Shown piece after piece: positions 61,960-64,000 of a DNA stretch of 64,000 bases; the first letter of the stretch is position 1; every line of letters begins with the position of its first letter. The notes beneath the pieces were generated by a model. That model searched no databases, was not told where the DNA came from, and saw only the letters and a list, made by a program, of their open reading frames with translations. A program made the position numbers and the translations under genes. This DNA comes from Mobula hypostoma (Eukaryota), in NCBI RefSeq assembly GCF_963921235.1, contig NC_086097.1, positions 136,340,001 to 136,404,000 of the forward strand. The letters are read 5' to 3'.

Positions 61960-62240
61960 GTGGCAGCACAGTGGTCACTGCTCGGGGTTCAATTCCTGAT
62001 GCTGTTTTTAAGGAGTTTGTATGTTCTCATGGGTTTCCCCTGAGTGCGCTGGTTTCCTCCCAAATTCCAGACACATATGGTTCCGGTTAATGAGTTGTAG
62101 ACATGCTATGTTGGCACTGAAACCATGGTGACACTTGCAGACTGCCCAACTCAGTCCTCGCTGATTTGATTTGATGCTATTGCATTTCACCGTGCGTTTT
62201 AATGTTTCAATGTGCATGTGACAAATAAAGATAATATTAA
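61960..62240 (+). mobile_element. V-SINE-like element
   Basis: B box ggttcaattcc, V-domain gggtttcccctgagtgcgctggtttcctccca, and tail gtgacaaataaag. Confidence 0.75.
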
Positions 62241-62984
62241 ATCTTTAACCCAATCTGCCTGAACATAGTGCATATCCCTTTGTTCTGCACATACTTCAGT
62301 GTCTATCGAGGAACCTGCAGTCTTTAGAGACTATTAATTTTGGCCAGCAGCCTGTTACTTAGTTATAATTCAAAACTCATTAGATTTGGTCATTAATCAG
62401 CTGCAAACCTATCATAGTGTTAGACAGAAGTACAAAATCCTATTTGTCCAATTTGGAATATAGAACATACAGGACAAGAACAGACCTGTTGGTCCATGAT
62501 GTCCACACTGAACATGATACCAAACCAACTTAAATCCTTTCTGCCCGTAAATAATTAATATCCCTCGATTCCCTGCATATCTGTGTGTCCAACAGCCTCT
62601 TAAACACCGCTATCGTACCTGCTGAATTGTTGTCTGTTAATGTAGCATCAATGGCACATCTCGCCCTTGTGATGAAATATCACTGAGCTGAGATTCCTTT
62701 CACTCTCCACAGTGGGGACAACACATTTGGTGCGGCTGACAGAGTGAGTGACACACAGCTCCAGTGAGCTCGTTGGAAACTAATGAGCCAATGTGAATTG
62801 TCCCCTGTGTGCAGGTAAATAGTAGAATCAGGGGGATATTGAGGGGAATGTGGGGAGAATAAGACAGGATTACTGTAGGATGTTTTCTCTTATTAGTGTA
62901 GGATTGGTGTAAATATGTAGTTCATGGTCAGCGGGCCAAAGTCCCTACCATTTGGCTTTATGAACTCTCCGAAGATGCTGTCTG

Positions 62985-63400
62985 GCCTGCCCAGTTCAAG
63001 TTCTACTTTACCAAGGTATAAATGCTATGAAAATGAGGTGTTTACAGCAGCAGCACAGTACATTAAAAACATGTTAAATTCCAATTATGTAAACTTAAAT
63101 TAGCATAAATTATTCATAATTTACACAACATGATAAACAAAAATAAACATTGATGTCAGAGCAAGTGAAGGGGACAGGAATCTGAGGTAGAATTAGGGTG
63201 TTTTCATGTTGGTTCAAGAACCAGATGGAAGCTGTGGTTGAACCTTGAGGAGTGGGCCTTCAGGTTCCTGCATGTCATGCCTGCTGACAGCATCGAGAAG
63301 AGGGCATGGGTCAGATGGGGGTCCTTAATGATGGATGTTATCTTCCTCAGTGATCACCCCTTAGAGATGTTTTCAATTGTAGGGGAGAGCTGGTCAAGTA
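62985..63400 (-). mobile_element. Old Rex1/Babar 3' fragment
   Basis: Similar to 20630-21000 (ggttcaagaacc..ttgaacct..cttcagg..gagaagagggcatgg). Confidence 0.6.
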
Positions 63401-64000
63401 CATCCCATGTTATCTGGTTTTATTACAGGCTGGATTTGGTTGGCCTTTCACCAGGTGATGTCTCTGCATCTGAAGACACACAGTTTGTGTTGGAAATGAG
63501 AGTTGTGTTCATAATTCTGATTCCTGGGAAGAGAAAATGCTCCCTTGAAGGGAGACAGAGTAGGCAAGGCCCATGCTCACTGAGAATTTAAGAACAAGAG
63601 GTAATCTTTTCGCATTGCTGGTTTCTACAAGGACAGGGCATTTGGAGAGGTCTCAGGAGAAGGAGTTGGCCAGACAGGACAGAAATAAGGGTGGATTTCT
63701 TCTCTTGGATCCTTACTGTAGCTCAGCAGGCTGGATATAATTGATCAATTATTGTGTGCTGCTGACAACACAAGGCATCAGCACACAGTCTCCAAAGTCC
63801 AAAGAATAAATTTGAAAGATTGGGTCCTATTTAGGGTTGTGAAGACAAGGTCAAATTCATGATTATGAACTGCAGCTTCTAACTCATGCTGCCTGGATTG
63901 GAGAAGATCTGGGGAGAGGTTGGAACGTTTGGGCTTGTTTACCCTGGACTGGAGGGAGCTGAACAGCAACCTAAGGCTGGCATGTGAAATTATAAGAGAC

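Overview
Eukaryotic, vertebrate-type non-coding DNA that is mostly transposable elements. The repeat mix (many CR1 LINEs, Rex1/Babar LINEs, Penelope-like elements, V-SINEs, a Tx1-like LINE, Tigger/Tc1/hAT/Harbinger-type DNA elements, solo LTRs) suggests a cartilaginous fish, possibly a ray; this is inference only. I could not identify any host protein-coding exon, rRNA, tRNA gene or CRISPR array. The long ORFs are all retroelement-derived. The most interesting signals are: (1) minimal hammerhead-ribozyme motifs in Penelope terminal repeats, one with an intact core at 5113-5148; (2) a 1.6-kb Tigger deletion derivative, in two copies, with a long internal fold-back; (3) a non-coding retroposed family with a YY1-like 5' motif and a LINE-type tail; (4) a 53-bp segment apparently copied locally into a CR1 3'UTR; (5) several nested insertions with readable TSDs; (6) a degenerate gag-like ERV remnant; (7) a few repeat-free, motif-rich islands that may be conserved enhancers. 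Family names come from recognised motifs, not database searches. Boundaries of degenerate elements are approximate.
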